From positions 1 through 46,688 of the forward strand of contig JBHLRZ010000027.1 in the NCBI GenBank assembly GCA_048882045.1: a stretch of DNA of 46,688 bases, given 5' to 3'. Origin of the DNA: Candidatus Thorarchaeota archaeon (lineage in GTDB: Archaea; Asgardarchaeota; Thorarchaeia; Thorarchaeales; Thorarchaeaceae). Shown here one piece after another: positions 18,391-28,152 of the stretch (position 1 is the first letter of the stretch; every line of letters begins with the position of its first letter). Made by a program: the position numbers and the translations under genes. The notes below the pieces were generated by a model. It saw only the letters and a program-made list of their open reading frames with translations. It was not told the DNA's origin and searched no databases.

Positions 18391-20121
18391 TTAATGGAAT
18401 ATTCTTCTGAAGAATCTGAGAAATGGTGTTCCTATTGAAAGCACCACTGTAATTGGTATTAAGTTCGCAAATTCTGTCACTGCAAAACCTACGAAAATTC
18501 CCACAATAAACCAAAGTAAGAAACTCGGAAAATCATTGACAATTATCCAAGGTACGTATGCAAGGAATATACTTGGAACCAGCAACCTAGCTACCCAAAT
18601 TACGATTGGCGCAACAAGACCCGCAATCAACATAATCAGTATATTCATTCGTATGCTGAGAACCAGTGGTCCAGCAAAGATCTTGTGTGAGTTCAGATAC
18701 CCTTTTTTATCGGTCTTCTGCTTCAGTTGGGTAATCTTAGCGTAATTCTCTTTCCCATAGAAGCTCCTTGAATGTGCTGCATTCCACATGCCTATTGAAT
18801 AAGCACGACCGCCATGTTTCAGTCCGAGATTGATAACATCAAGTGAGCGATACCAACCCATCAGGAAAGAAATCTTCTTTCTTTCGTCATCTGGGAACCA
18901 TGTAAGAACTGCTACTTCTCCTCGGTCTGTTATTGCTCCTTCCAACGCAAAATCTTCCGATTTGAAGTGTTCGTTCATGTGGTCAATGTAACCATCTAGA
19001 TTGTCTAATGGGACATATACTTCTGAAGGAGCCAAACTAGGGCCGAGTCTTTTAATTCTCATTGGATAAAACCGTTCAGCCCACTCATGTTCTGCTACTT
19101 CTTCTGATTCCAGTGTTCCACTATAGCGGCTTACCACATGTTTGAGTTTCTCAATCTCAGCTGCTATCTCATCGTCAGTTCCCTCAAATGCGCAGAGAAT
19201 TATGAATTCTCCAGTTGTTAGTGGAGCTAGATCAACCTCTCTCAGCATCTTGTAGAACTTGTCAGTGATGAAGTGCAAATAGAATGGTCTTGTTGCTTCA
19301 AGAATATCTTGGAGGGCACCTACCATTAGATTCTGGCTACGAAATGATGATGTGGTTGGAACAATGTTTCGGAGTGGTATTATCTTGAGGACAACCTTTG
19401 TAATGATCCCAAGCGTACCATTGCTATCCACAAACATTTGGGTAGAATCATCAGAGTATACCAGGTTTTCACTGGCACCGTAGAAGAAGTTATCATCGCC
19501 TTTGAAAACATTCGACTCTTTCTTAATACTGAAGTACTCCTCAGATGTTTCACTTGTCCGAATTATCTCTCCATCAGGAAGAACAACTTCAAGATCGACT
19601 ACCTGTTCTGCAATACCGCCATACTTGGTGCTTCCTATCCCGCTTCCTCCAGCAGCAACCCAACCGCCAACAGTGCTTGAAGGTGCACTTGATGGATAGG
19701 CTGCGACAGTTACACCCTCATCTTCAAGTTCTTCAATTAGCTTGCCCCATATAATACCAGAGCCAACTTCTACTGTCATATTCTGCCTATCGATGTGATG
19801 GATCTCGTTCAGTCTGGTCATCTCAACAACAAGACCACCTCTAGTAGGCAGTGCGCCTCCATATCCACTCGTTCCATGACCACGAGGTACTACAGGTATT
19901 TGATTCTCCTTGCAGTACTTCAGAATATTGGAAACGACTTCAGTAGTTGTGGGCTGAGCGACAGCCTCAGCATTAGGATTCAAGACATCATTAACGATTC
20001 CAGGAAGTGCCGCTATGTCTGTTGAATAGAGACCGACCATGTACTCCTCTGATGAGAAGTAGTCTTCACCAACTATGTCTGCTAGATTCCGTAGATGTTT
20101 GTTTCTTATCATATCTCTCAC
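18391..20121 (-). CDS. FAD-binding oxidoreductase (VAO/GlcD-like), subtype A with C-terminal membrane anchor
   Basis: Motifs are VPRGHGTSGYGGA, YPSSAPSSTVGGW, GTLGIITKV and ERFYPMRIKRLGPSL. Two or three C-terminal TM helices follow. Confidence 0.87.
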   Translation of the reverse strand: MRDMIRNKHLRNLADIVGEDYFSSEEYMVGLYSTDIAALPGIVNDVLNPNAEAVAQPTTTEVVSNILKYCKENQIPVVPRGHGTSGYGGALPTRGGLVVEMTRLNEIHHIDRQNMTVEVGSGIIWGKLIEELEDEGVTVAAYPSSAPSSTVGGWVAAGGSGIGSTKYGGIAEQVVDLEVVLPDGEIIRTSETSEEYFSIKKESNVFKGDDNFFYGASENLVYSDDSTQMFVDSNGTLGIITKVVLKIIPLRNIVPTTSSFRSQNLMVGALQDILEATRPFYLHFITDKFYKMLREVDLAPLTTGEFIILCAFEGTDDEIAAEIEKLKHVVSRYSGTLESEEVAEHEWAERFYPMRIKRLGPSLAPSEVYVPLDNLDGYIDHMNEHFKSEDFALEGAITDRGEVAVLTWFPDDERKKISFLMGWYRSLDVINLGLKHGGRAYSIGMWNAAHSRSFYGKENYAKITQLKQKTDKKGYLNSHKIFAGPLVLSIRMNILIMLIAGLVAPIVIWVARLLVPSIFLAYVPWIIVNDFPSFLLWFIVGIFVGFAVTEFANLIPITVVLSIGTPFLRFFRRIFH

Positions 20122-20124
20122 ATC

Positions 20125-21303
20125 CTAGAGACCTAGTGCCTCCACCACTATCTGGGACAGGTCCTTGAACTTGATGTTTGATTTCCTGTGCTCTATTCCA
20201 TCATTCAAAGACATTGTACAAGATGGACATTCACTCGCCATAATGGTCGCACCTGTTTTCTCTGCCTCCTCTATTCGTCTTGCTGATACTCTAACTGAAG
20301 CAACAGGATATGTCCCTTTGAGGAGTCCACCTCCGCCACAACAACGAGCCTTGTTTCGATTGTGTTTCATCTCCTTTAGTTTCAATCCTGGAATAGAGTT
20401 CAAGACCTCCCGAGCTGGATTGTAGATGTTTTGATGTCTACCAAGCTCACAGGGATCATGCCACACAACTTCCTCGTGGTAAGGCTTCTCAAACTTGATC
20501 TTTCCTTCTTGTAGCAATCTGAGAGTGAACTCTGAGAATGTTAGAAATTCAAACCCAGCTACAGCTTCCTTTCCAAGAAGGTGAGGATATTCCTCCGCAA
20601 ACGCTCTATGACATCCTGGGCAATTGAATACTATCGTCTTCACTCCCAGCTTTTCTAGAGCTCGTATATTGTGAATTGCCAACTCTCTGCCTTTCTCAAA
20701 GCCTCCAGCTACAAAGTATGGATTTCCACAACAAAACTCATCATCACCGAGGATGGTGAAATCGATACCCGCGGCATTCATCAATTTTACTGTGTTCTCG
20801 CCCATATGAGCGAGTGTTCCTTTGAATGAAATATTGCATCCTGCGAAATAGGCAACTTCTGCCTTTACTCCAATCCTGTCTTCGACAAGATCATCCACCA
20901 TATCAGTCCAAAGCGTTCTATCTGCTTGGTCCATCTCCATGATGTTTTGAGTTTGCTGAAGAGAATCGTCTATGTAATTCACGATTTCTGGCCATTCTTC
21001 GAGATTTCCTATCTCTTGCCTTGCGAGTTGCCAAAATCTAAGAAGAGGTATGTTTGTCTGACAGATCTCTTGGCATGCACCACATAAAGTGCAATAGAAG
21101 ATCCTCTGAGCAAAATCTGGGGGTATTGGCTTTTTCTCTTTGATGAGTCTTTTCAGTTGGTTTAGTTTTCCTCTAGGTGACTGAGAATCCCAAAGAGTAT
21201 CCAAGTATGCAGGACACACGAATGTGCAGAACCCACACTTTGCACAGACTGTCGGCTCTATATCAAGCCCTTCTAGTTTGAGGGGTTCATATGGTTTTGT
21301 CAT
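20125..21303 (-). CDS. Fe-S oxidoreductase with CCG domains (GlcF/HdrD-like)
   Basis: Motifs are CAKCGFCTFVCP, SPRGK, CTLCGACQEIC, FCCGNP, HDPCELGR, CCGGGG and CPSC. Confidence 0.9.
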   Translation of the reverse strand: MTKPYEPLKLEGLDIEPTVCAKCGFCTFVCPAYLDTLWDSQSPRGKLNQLKRLIKEKKPIPPDFAQRIFYCTLCGACQEICQTNIPLLRFWQLARQEIGNLEEWPEIVNYIDDSLQQTQNIMEMDQADRTLWTDMVDDLVEDRIGVKAEVAYFAGCNISFKGTLAHMGENTVKLMNAAGIDFTILGDDEFCCGNPYFVAGGFEKGRELAIHNIRALEKLGVKTIVFNCPGCHRAFAEEYPHLLGKEAVAGFEFLTFSEFTLRLLQEGKIKFEKPYHEEVVWHDPCELGRHQNIYNPAREVLNSIPGLKLKEMKHNRNKARCCGGGGLLKGTYPVASVRVSARRIEEAEKTGATIMASECPSCTMSLNDGIEHRKSNIKFKDLSQIVVEALGL

Positions 21304-21318
21304 TTCTGAATCTCCTAA

Positions 21319-21822
21319 TCATGGCCACGGAATTCCAATCCAGTCTAGAATTGGTGAGAGAATTGATGTATCATAGACCGCTATTCCGCCTAGCGCACCC
21401 ATAACCATCATCAAAACTCCGCCCACAATAACCAATATTCCATAAGGAAGATAACTGGATACTTTTATCCAAACACGATCTCCAAGCTTTGCTCGGATAG
21501 CAATCAGATACAGGTAAATCTCTGTGCAAACGATGGACCACAGTATTTTGAATCGCATGATTGGTAACACAACAAGAACTTCCAATGGATAATCCGGTTC
21601 CATGAATCCAGTAACCATTCCTGCGATCAGTCCCATAAAGCCAATGATACTGCCACCATAAATGAAGATATCAAATTGATGAAATAGACTTGCTAATCTG
21701 GTTCCAGGTGTATTGATGTTATCTCTAAACAAGATCCGCAGTATCAGACTGATGAGGGCTACTGCTGCTGTTGCAGTCAGAATCCCTGTGTGAAAGTGTA
21801 CAAAGACGGGATGTATTGCCAT
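21319..21822 (-). CDS. DUF2231-like four-TM membrane protein
   Basis: It begins with an HPxxVHF motif (IHPVFVHF), has a TG in TM3 and GALGG..VY near the C-terminus. AGGTGA precedes ATG 21822. Confidence 0.65.
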   Translation of the reverse strand: MAIHPVFVHFHTGILTATAAVALISLILRILFRDNINTPGTRLASLFHQFDIFIYGGSIIGFMGLIAGMVTGFMEPDYPLEVLVVLPIMRFKILWSIVCTEIYLYLIAIRAKLGDRVWIKVSSYLPYGILVIVGGVLMMVMGALGGIAVYDTSILSPILDWIGIPWP

Positions 21823-21836
21823 AATTATCACCTACT

Positions 21837-22433
21837 TCAAGAGGTCCTCCTTATTGCAATGACTCCTAGGATAATCAAAATCACTGCTGTAGCGATTGGT
21901 GCTGCCCAGATCAACATGACCCATATCTGATATAGCTGTTCTCCAGGATCAGGCGGTGGAGTCGTTGTTGGGGTAATAGTCTGCCCAGTTACTGACACAT
22001 CGATATCAATGGTTGATGCTAGATCGCCTCCAGCTGCAGTCCAAATTCTAATGGTCAAATTTCCTGGTGACAGAGGTGTGAAAGTAACCAAGACCGAGAT
22101 CTCTCCAGCTGCCGCATTCGTATCGGCTGCTGATCCGTCCTGAGTATGACTATCAGAGATTGTGAAGGCTGAATTATTCTCCCAACCTGCTTTGATGGAA
22201 AGCCACTCTGCTCCATTACCCGCATCTATCTGCAAAACAAAAGGAACCCCAGTTGTTGCATCCACGGACGTCGAATTTGCAGCGAGTGTCAATACTCCAG
22301 ATGTGTCGTGACACCCAGTAGTACCACATTGGTTTGTCTGGCTATCAAATGCTGTAATGGAACCAACAGCTCCAAGACTCAGAATGAGAAAGCCCAAAAT
22401 CATAATGATCTTCATGGTGTGTTTTCGTTTCAT
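21837..22433 (-). CDS. Exported, C-terminally anchored putative mono-heme c protein (CX4CH plus beta-sandwich)
   Basis: It has a signal peptide, CGTTGCHD, a beta-rich domain, a PTTTPPP linker and a TM helix followed by RR. Confidence 0.7.
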   Translation of the reverse strand: MKRKHTMKIIMILGFLILSLGAVGSITAFDSQTNQCGTTGCHDTSGVLTLAANSTSVDATTGVPFVLQIDAGNGAEWLSIKAGWENNSAFTISDSHTQDGSAADTNAAAGEISVLVTFTPLSPGNLTIRIWTAAGGDLASTIDIDVSVTGQTITPTTTPPPDPGEQLYQIWVMLIWAAPIATAVILIILGVIAIRRTS

Positions 22434-22658
22434 ATCTTAGTCACCTAGATTTAGTTACAGAATGTATCTGTTGACTCATTAGACACCATTGTCAAGTTTC
22501 GTTTTGGAATATAAGTCTCATATTTTAGGATATTGGTCAAATAATCGTTTAATCTGGTGTCAATGAAATCATCTGATATACTTCCCATTTGTGTTTGGCT
22601 ACTTCCCCATTACTTCAATGTTTGGTTGCAAAAATCGTTGTCTTATGGATTGATAGGT

Positions 22659-24374
22659 TCATTTTCTTAGTATCTTACCTGCAATCCGTAACAAAGGGAT
22701 ACCAATAGCAAGAGCCTGATTCAAAGTCATAGATCTAATAATCAATACGCCAAAAACTCCTCCAAACAAGGAGAGTAGGACATAATTTGGAATGCCTAGA
22801 ATAAGACTGGAATTTATCAGCTGAATCAACCAACTTACTCCCAATAACATCGGTCCAAGCATGAGAGCCAATAGAGCAACTGTAAAACCTATCGTGAAAC
22901 CTGCAAGCAATGATGCCCTTCCCGGAGTGACCTTTCCGCCAAAGACCTTTACAGGATTCATAAGATTGTGCGGATCAAGTTGCTTCTTCATCTTTCTGAG
23001 GAGATCGTAGGTTTGATCGCCATAGTATTTCCTTGCATGACGACCATTCCACAAACCGACAGCATAAGGGAGCCCTCCAAATCGCTCTGCCAAGGATGCA
23101 ATCTGGAATGACCTATACCACCCTATTGTGAATGAGAATTTCTTCCTTTCGTCATCGAGGATCCAGACCATAAAGGACGTACTCCCATCATTGCTGAGCG
23201 TACCTTCGATAGCAACTTTTGATTTCTGGAGCTCGTTCTTGGTCCTTTCTAGAATTTCAGGTAGCATGTCCAGAGGTGCAAGCATCTCTGCAGGAACAAG
23301 ACTAGGTCCATGACGTTTGATTCTGAGTGGATAGAGCCTTTCAGACCAGTAAAACCACGCGCGATCATCGTCCAAGAGTGTTCCTTCGCTTTTCTGCGTG
23401 AGCTCGTTGATTACCTCGATGTCATCCTCGTTCTGATATATCGTGTTGAGAAGTGCTCCTGAAAGAATGTACTTTCTATTTTCTAACTCAAAACTCCTCA
23501 AAGTGCCCAATTTCGAGGTGTAGTTGTCAGCGAGAAACCTCAGAAAGTACGGTTGAACATCTGATAGAATCTGCCTTGCGACATCGACTAAATCCTCCAT
23601 TGATTCGAAAGAACACGCGAATGGAATGAGCTGAAGGTTGGGTATTGTCTTAAGAGTGACCTTAGTGATTATTCCCAAGGTACCATATGTACCAGTAATG
23701 AGTTTGGTTTCCTGAACTGGTGTTCCAAGGCCAGTTTCAGTCATTATTTCATGCAACCACTGAGTTCCCGTCTTCGCTTTTTCAAGAAGGGTATCATCTT
23801 GAGGATTGAGAAGCACTTGTCCAAGTCTTACAACCTTCCCATTTGGAAGGACGGCTTCAATACCAATGACCTGTTTGAGAATGTCGCCATGCCGAGTTGA
23901 TCCAATTCCAAGTCCTCCGCTCGCTACGAATCCACCCACAGTTGCTGCAGTGGCACTTGATGGATATACTGGAAGAGTGAACCCTAATCTTTCAAGAAAT
24001 GACAGCAGGTCTCTCCAGGTTATTCCTGCCTCAACTGTTACTGCAGACTCAAACTCATTGAAGTATAGAATCTTGTCCAGCTCGGAAACATCGACACAGA
24101 TCCCTGCTCGAGTTGGAATAGCCCCTCCCCATCCCGATGTTCCATTTCCCCTGGGTACAAGGGGGATGTTATTATCCATAGCATACCACACCAAATTTTG
24201 GAGCGATGGTACATCGACTGGCTGAGTTATCACATCGAACTTTGGACTTATTATCTGATATGCCAAATCAGGAAGACTGGTGACGTCCTTGGAGTACATC
24301 ATGCAAGTTTCACGGGTCACAGACACATTGTCTGCACCAACAATGTCTCCAATCCTTATTTCGTCAATCTTCAC
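22659..24374 (-). CDS. FAD-binding oxidoreductase (VAO/GlcD-like), subtype A with C-terminal membrane anchor
   Basis: Motifs are VPRGNGTSGWGGA, YPSSATAATVGG, GTYGTLGIITKV, ERLYPLRIKRHGPSL and DPHNLMNP.K, with C-terminal TMs. Confidence 0.87.
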   Translation of the reverse strand: MKIDEIRIGDIVGADNVSVTRETCMMYSKDVTSLPDLAYQIISPKFDVITQPVDVPSLQNLVWYAMDNNIPLVPRGNGTSGWGGAIPTRAGICVDVSELDKILYFNEFESAVTVEAGITWRDLLSFLERLGFTLPVYPSSATAATVGGFVASGGLGIGSTRHGDILKQVIGIEAVLPNGKVVRLGQVLLNPQDDTLLEKAKTGTQWLHEIMTETGLGTPVQETKLITGTYGTLGIITKVTLKTIPNLQLIPFACSFESMEDLVDVARQILSDVQPYFLRFLADNYTSKLGTLRSFELENRKYILSGALLNTIYQNEDDIEVINELTQKSEGTLLDDDRAWFYWSERLYPLRIKRHGPSLVPAEMLAPLDMLPEILERTKNELQKSKVAIEGTLSNDGSTSFMVWILDDERKKFSFTIGWYRSFQIASLAERFGGLPYAVGLWNGRHARKYYGDQTYDLLRKMKKQLDPHNLMNPVKVFGGKVTPGRASLLAGFTIGFTVALLALMLGPMLLGVSWLIQLINSSLILGIPNYVLLSLFGGVFGVLIIRSMTLNQALAIGIPLLRIAGKILRK

Positions 24375-25564
24375 TCCTCTGTGTCACCTCCATTCTCCTT
24401 TGATAGTAGGGATTCTGCAACTAATTGAGTGATATCTTGAACCCTCATTTCGTATCCAGTGGTGAATTTGGCCAGTTCAAAACCAAGTATGCATCTTGGA
24501 CACTCGGTCACTACTCTCGTTGCTGGTGTAACAGTCACATCCCTCAAACGCATTTCAGCAATCCTGGATGATAGAACAGGATCCACGACATCTAACAATC
24601 CATGAGAACCGCAACACCTTGTTTGTTCTTTCGAGGGTGTCATCTCAACATTGTAAACTCCTGGGATATCATCAATTATCTCACGTGGGCCTTCTATGAC
24701 TTTTAGGACTCTTGCTGAAATGCAGGGGTCATGAAATGTGACAGTCACCATAGGTTGTTCTTGAAACTTCAAACGCTTTTCGCGAATCAGCTGCTTAATG
24801 AACTGGGACGCTGTCAGTAATTCGAGATTACTCTCCTCCTTGACATACTTACTATATTCCTTCCATGTTTGAATACAGGAGGGACAACTGAATACAACTG
24901 TTTCAACACCAAGACTCAATATCGTTTCGAGATTCTTTTCTGCCATCTCATTGATGCCTTCGAAATTTCCAGCCCATCCTAATGGTGCGCCACAACATAC
25001 CTCCTTGTCTGCGAGTAGTGTATAATCAACTCCAGCATACTCCATGATGGCTACCATTGATTTCGCGATATCATGTAACTGAGTCTTGAGAGCAACATTA
25101 CATCCTGGAAAATACGCAACCTTGGCTGGTTTCAGTATTTTATCCTTTACAACATGCTTGATATCCTCTATCCAAAGGAGTCGGTCCGCAGGTCCCATCC
25201 ACATGATGTCTCCTCTAGATTTGACGGAATCTAACACGAACTGCGCAGGAGTTGGCATAAGCCCGCGTTGTCTAATTTCTGCTCTAGTCACTTCCCAAAA
25301 TCGATCAAGGCTTATACCGGTGGTGCAGACAAAAGTACAATGCTCACAGAGATTACAAAGGAATACTCTACGGGCAAAGTCTTCACCGAATTCAACGTCA
25401 CCTTCTTGGATCGATTTCACAATATGGAGTTTTCCTCGAGGACCATAAGACTCCCACTTGAGCTCTCTAAATATAGGACATACAAGAGTGCAATTTCCGC
25501 ATGAAGCGCAAACATACGGTTCGTCTTCTTGTCCATACTTTTCTAGGAAGTCCTGTTTGGTCAT
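24371..25564 (-). CDS. Fe-S oxidoreductase with CCG domains (GlcF/HdrD-like)
   Basis: Motifs are CASCGNCTLVCP, GPRGK, CNLCEHCTFVC, CCGAP, HDPC, CCGSHG and CPRC. Its stop overlaps the next start. Confidence 0.9.
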   Translation of the reverse strand: MTKQDFLEKYGQEDEPYVCASCGNCTLVCPIFRELKWESYGPRGKLHIVKSIQEGDVEFGEDFARRVFLCNLCEHCTFVCTTGISLDRFWEVTRAEIRQRGLMPTPAQFVLDSVKSRGDIMWMGPADRLLWIEDIKHVVKDKILKPAKVAYFPGCNVALKTQLHDIAKSMVAIMEYAGVDYTLLADKEVCCGAPLGWAGNFEGINEMAEKNLETILSLGVETVVFSCPSCIQTWKEYSKYVKEESNLELLTASQFIKQLIREKRLKFQEQPMVTVTFHDPCISARVLKVIEGPREIIDDIPGVYNVEMTPSKEQTRCCGSHGLLDVVDPVLSSRIAEMRLRDVTVTPATRVVTECPRCILGFELAKFTTGYEMRVQDITQLVAESLLSKENGGDTEE

Positions 25565-25623
25565 TCATTGGTCACCGGGTCAAAGATACCTAATCCAGCT
25601 TGGTACCCTAGAGTATATAGTTA

Positions 25624-25647
25624 TGCCAAGGGCGACGACCCTTGGCA
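25624..25647 (-). terminator. Perfect 9-bp stem-loop just downstream of the 25656 gene
   Basis: The sequence is TGCCAAGGG-CGACGA-CCCTTGGCA. No strong U-tract follows on the minus strand, so the function is uncertain. Confidence 0.4.
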
Positions 25648-25655
25648 ATTTGAGA

Positions 25656-26984
25656 TTATTTGAGGTCTTTAATCATCTCACCAGCACAAGCAATTCCTGA
25701 ACGTGAGGCTGCTTCCATAGATGCATAGTACATGCCGCAGTTTGCATAGGCTCCTGCAACATATAGCCCCTCGATTCCTGTTCGATTTGTGTTCAAACGC
25801 TCATCCATAATGCCGGGTGGCTGTTTTAGAACAGATTTCCAAATCTTCCAGCTTTTTTGCCAAGTGACTTTATCCTTTACTCCAGGAATCAGAATCTCAA
25901 GTTCATCAAGAATAGCCTGAGTAGCCTCCTCGTCACTCATCTTGAGGAGCTCCTTGTCAATTCCTGTGACTGTCAGCAGTGACTCTCCTATCGGAGCAAG
26001 CACTCCAGAAACCCTCTTAGCTTCTGCAACAATGTTGATCTTTCGACCTGGTACAAAAGCGCCAACATTGAAATCGAGTACTCGTGACTTCAGTCCAAAG
26101 TATGCTACAGTTGACGGGGTGTATTCAAACTTGGATATCTTTTCATTGAACTCATTTGGTAAATCGCTCTTCTTCACAAAGTGGTGAATGATATCAATCG
26201 GAGTTGTCAGTACGACAGCATCAGTATCGAGGTGTTTAGTTTCACCGTTCTGTTCGTAGTCCACACCGACAACCTTCCCATCCTCAATAATCACTTGCTG
26301 AACTGCGCAATTGACCTGTGGTTCGACTCCGAAGTTACGGGCTTGGAGCATGAGTGTGTAAGCGACACTTCCCAGACCTCCCCGTTCTGGATACATTGCA
26401 CTAAATCCATCTTCGTAAGCAAATCTCAAGTGTTCAGAATAGAGGTACTGTCCTGCTGACACTTGTGATGGTTCCATGAAGGTCACAGTTCGAATTAGGG
26501 GGTCGTAAAAGTCATTTTGAATTGACTCTGGGATTTTCTTCTCTTGAGCATACTCAGAGAAAGTCATATTGTCTAACTCTTTGAACTCTTCTTCCTTTCT
26601 CTTTATATTCTCTTGAACCAGAAGTCCAAGTCTCGCCCTATCAGCTGTAGGTAACAAACCGAATTTTGCAAGCTCAACTGCAGACTTTCGAATGATGTGT
26701 CTTTCACCATCCTTGAGCCATACTGCACCTTCGCCAACAGTCGTCATCCTCACTCCACTTCGTTCAAGAATTGGAATGAGTGATTTGAAACCACCAACAA
26801 AGAAGTGTAGACCCTGGTCGAAAACATACCCGGACTCAGTGTAAGACCTAGCTCGACCGCCTACAGTCTTTTCTTTCTCGAGTATAGTGCATCGTGCTTT
26901 CAGACCCTTTAGTTCAAGAGCACAGCTGAATCCTGAGATTCCACCACCGACGACTACTACTCGTGTGCCTTTTTCTTTGCTCAT
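25656..26984 (-). CDS. FAD-dependent oxidoreductase, amine oxidase/phytoene desaturase (HpnE-like) family
   Basis: It has the Rossmann motif VVGGGISG, ILEK...GGRARS, GYVFDQGLH, YP.RGG and GLYVAG...SMEAASRSG. Confidence 0.8.
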   Translation of the reverse strand: MSKEKGTRVVVVGGGISGFSCALELKGLKARCTILEKEKTVGGRARSYTESGYVFDQGLHFFVGGFKSLIPILERSGVRMTTVGEGAVWLKDGERHIIRKSAVELAKFGLLPTADRARLGLLVQENIKRKEEEFKELDNMTFSEYAQEKKIPESIQNDFYDPLIRTVTFMEPSQVSAGQYLYSEHLRFAYEDGFSAMYPERGGLGSVAYTLMLQARNFGVEPQVNCAVQQVIIEDGKVVGVDYEQNGETKHLDTDAVVLTTPIDIIHHFVKKSDLPNEFNEKISKFEYTPSTVAYFGLKSRVLDFNVGAFVPGRKINIVAEAKRVSGVLAPIGESLLTVTGIDKELLKMSDEEATQAILDELEILIPGVKDKVTWQKSWKIWKSVLKQPPGIMDERLNTNRTGIEGLYVAGAYANCGMYYASMEAASRSGIACAGEMIKDLK

Positions 26985-27018
26985 AGTTTATCTCTCCATA
27001 CATCCTTGTTAATTTTTA

Positions 27019-28143
27019 CTACTCCTCCACTTGCGAAGCTTGAGCCTTGTCCAGAATCAATTCATCGAGTTGAATCACTTCTAGATTTGTCTCTCTCGCA
27101 TTATAGCTCAGGTTCTTATAGCATGAAACACAGGTGGTGATAATTCCATCGACTCCCAATTCCTCTGCTTCAGCAACTCTTCTCCTACCTACAGATTCCG
27201 CTAATTCAGGATCTAGGACTGATAGGAATCCACCGCAACAGTTACTTTTGTCACGATTATTCTTCAGTTCCACAAATTCCAGTCCTGGTATTGCTCGAAT
27301 AATTTCACGGGGAGCTTCATAAATTCCAAGTGCTCGCCCAAGATGACAACTGTCGTGGAAAGTGTACGTCCCTTCCAGTCCATCGAAAGTAAGAACTCCA
27401 TTTCTCACTTGGTCAGCAAGAACTTCGACAGTATGAAGAATATCAATGTCGAAATCCGGGATTATGTGCGGATAGTGCTCAGCAAGTGTGCCATAACACC
27501 CTCCGCAGGCTGTAACAATATGATCAACACCCGCTTTCTTGAACATTGCATAATTCTTCTTTACAACTTCTTCGAATCCTTTGTCGTCTCCTGCCCAATA
27601 GTTAAACAGACCGCAACAGACCTCACTTGGTACATAGCCTGCGTTTACCTTCAACTTCTGCAACAAGTCAACAACAGTTTCAGGTTGGTCTGGATACCAG
27701 AATGATCCCATGCATCCAGAGAAAATCGCAGTGTTTGACTCGGGTGGGAGTTCCAAATCCTCCGCCCAAATAGTCCTGTCTTCTTGCTCATATCCGACGA
27801 AAGGTGTTCCTTCTTGGGCGATCCATTCGAGAACTTTCTGAAGTGACTCAGCCATTGGAGCTCCAGTCTTCAGGAGCTGGGTCTTTGCATTATGCCAAAT
27901 GTCCGTGACTGGTACACCAGCTGGACAGATTGCTTCACATCTTCGACAGTCTGCACAGTAGAGTCTCTGTAACAGTTCAGCCGGAGGATTTCTCATTTTC
28001 GTGGCGTACGCCCTTAGCGCTCGGAGTTTACCTCCAGGGCTATCGAGTTCTGATTGGAGCTCAATATACATTGGGCAAGTGTCACGACAGTAGTTGCATG
28101 ATCCACAGTTTTTCAGTACGTCTGCTAGATTATCGATATTCAT
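27019..28143 (-). CDS. Fe-S oxidoreductase with CCG domains (GlcF/HdrD-like)
   Basis: Motifs are CGSCNYCRDTCP, CADCRRCEAICP, EVCCG, CGGC, HDSCHLGR, CCGG and CVSC. Confidence 0.9.
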   Translation of the reverse strand: MNIDNLADVLKNCGSCNYCRDTCPMYIELQSELDSPGGKLRALRAYATKMRNPPAELLQRLYCADCRRCEAICPAGVPVTDIWHNAKTQLLKTGAPMAESLQKVLEWIAQEGTPFVGYEQEDRTIWAEDLELPPESNTAIFSGCMGSFWYPDQPETVVDLLQKLKVNAGYVPSEVCCGLFNYWAGDDKGFEEVVKKNYAMFKKAGVDHIVTACGGCYGTLAEHYPHIIPDFDIDILHTVEVLADQVRNGVLTFDGLEGTYTFHDSCHLGRALGIYEAPREIIRAIPGLEFVELKNNRDKSNCCGGFLSVLDPELAESVGRRRVAEAEELGVDGIITTCVSCYKNLSYNARETNLEVIQLDELILDKAQASQVEE

Positions 28144-28152
28144 TGTAGCACC

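Noticed and set aside
20608-20622. CPGCH (CxxCH) in a CCG protein as a heme c site
   Set aside because: It is the CxxC of the cytoplasmic CCG domain. Paralogs have CSGCY, CPSCI, CGGCY and CPGCY, and there is no signal peptide.
22477-22565. Imperfect inverted repeat CATTAGACACCA / TGGTGTCAATG upstream of the mono-heme gene
   Set aside because: It needs an indel and a ~65-nt loop in AT-rich DNA, which is too weak without comparative data.
25624-25647. Hairpin as a SECIS element
   Set aside because: No neighbouring ORF appears interrupted by an in-frame TGA at a Cys position, and the stem lacks recognisable SECIS features.
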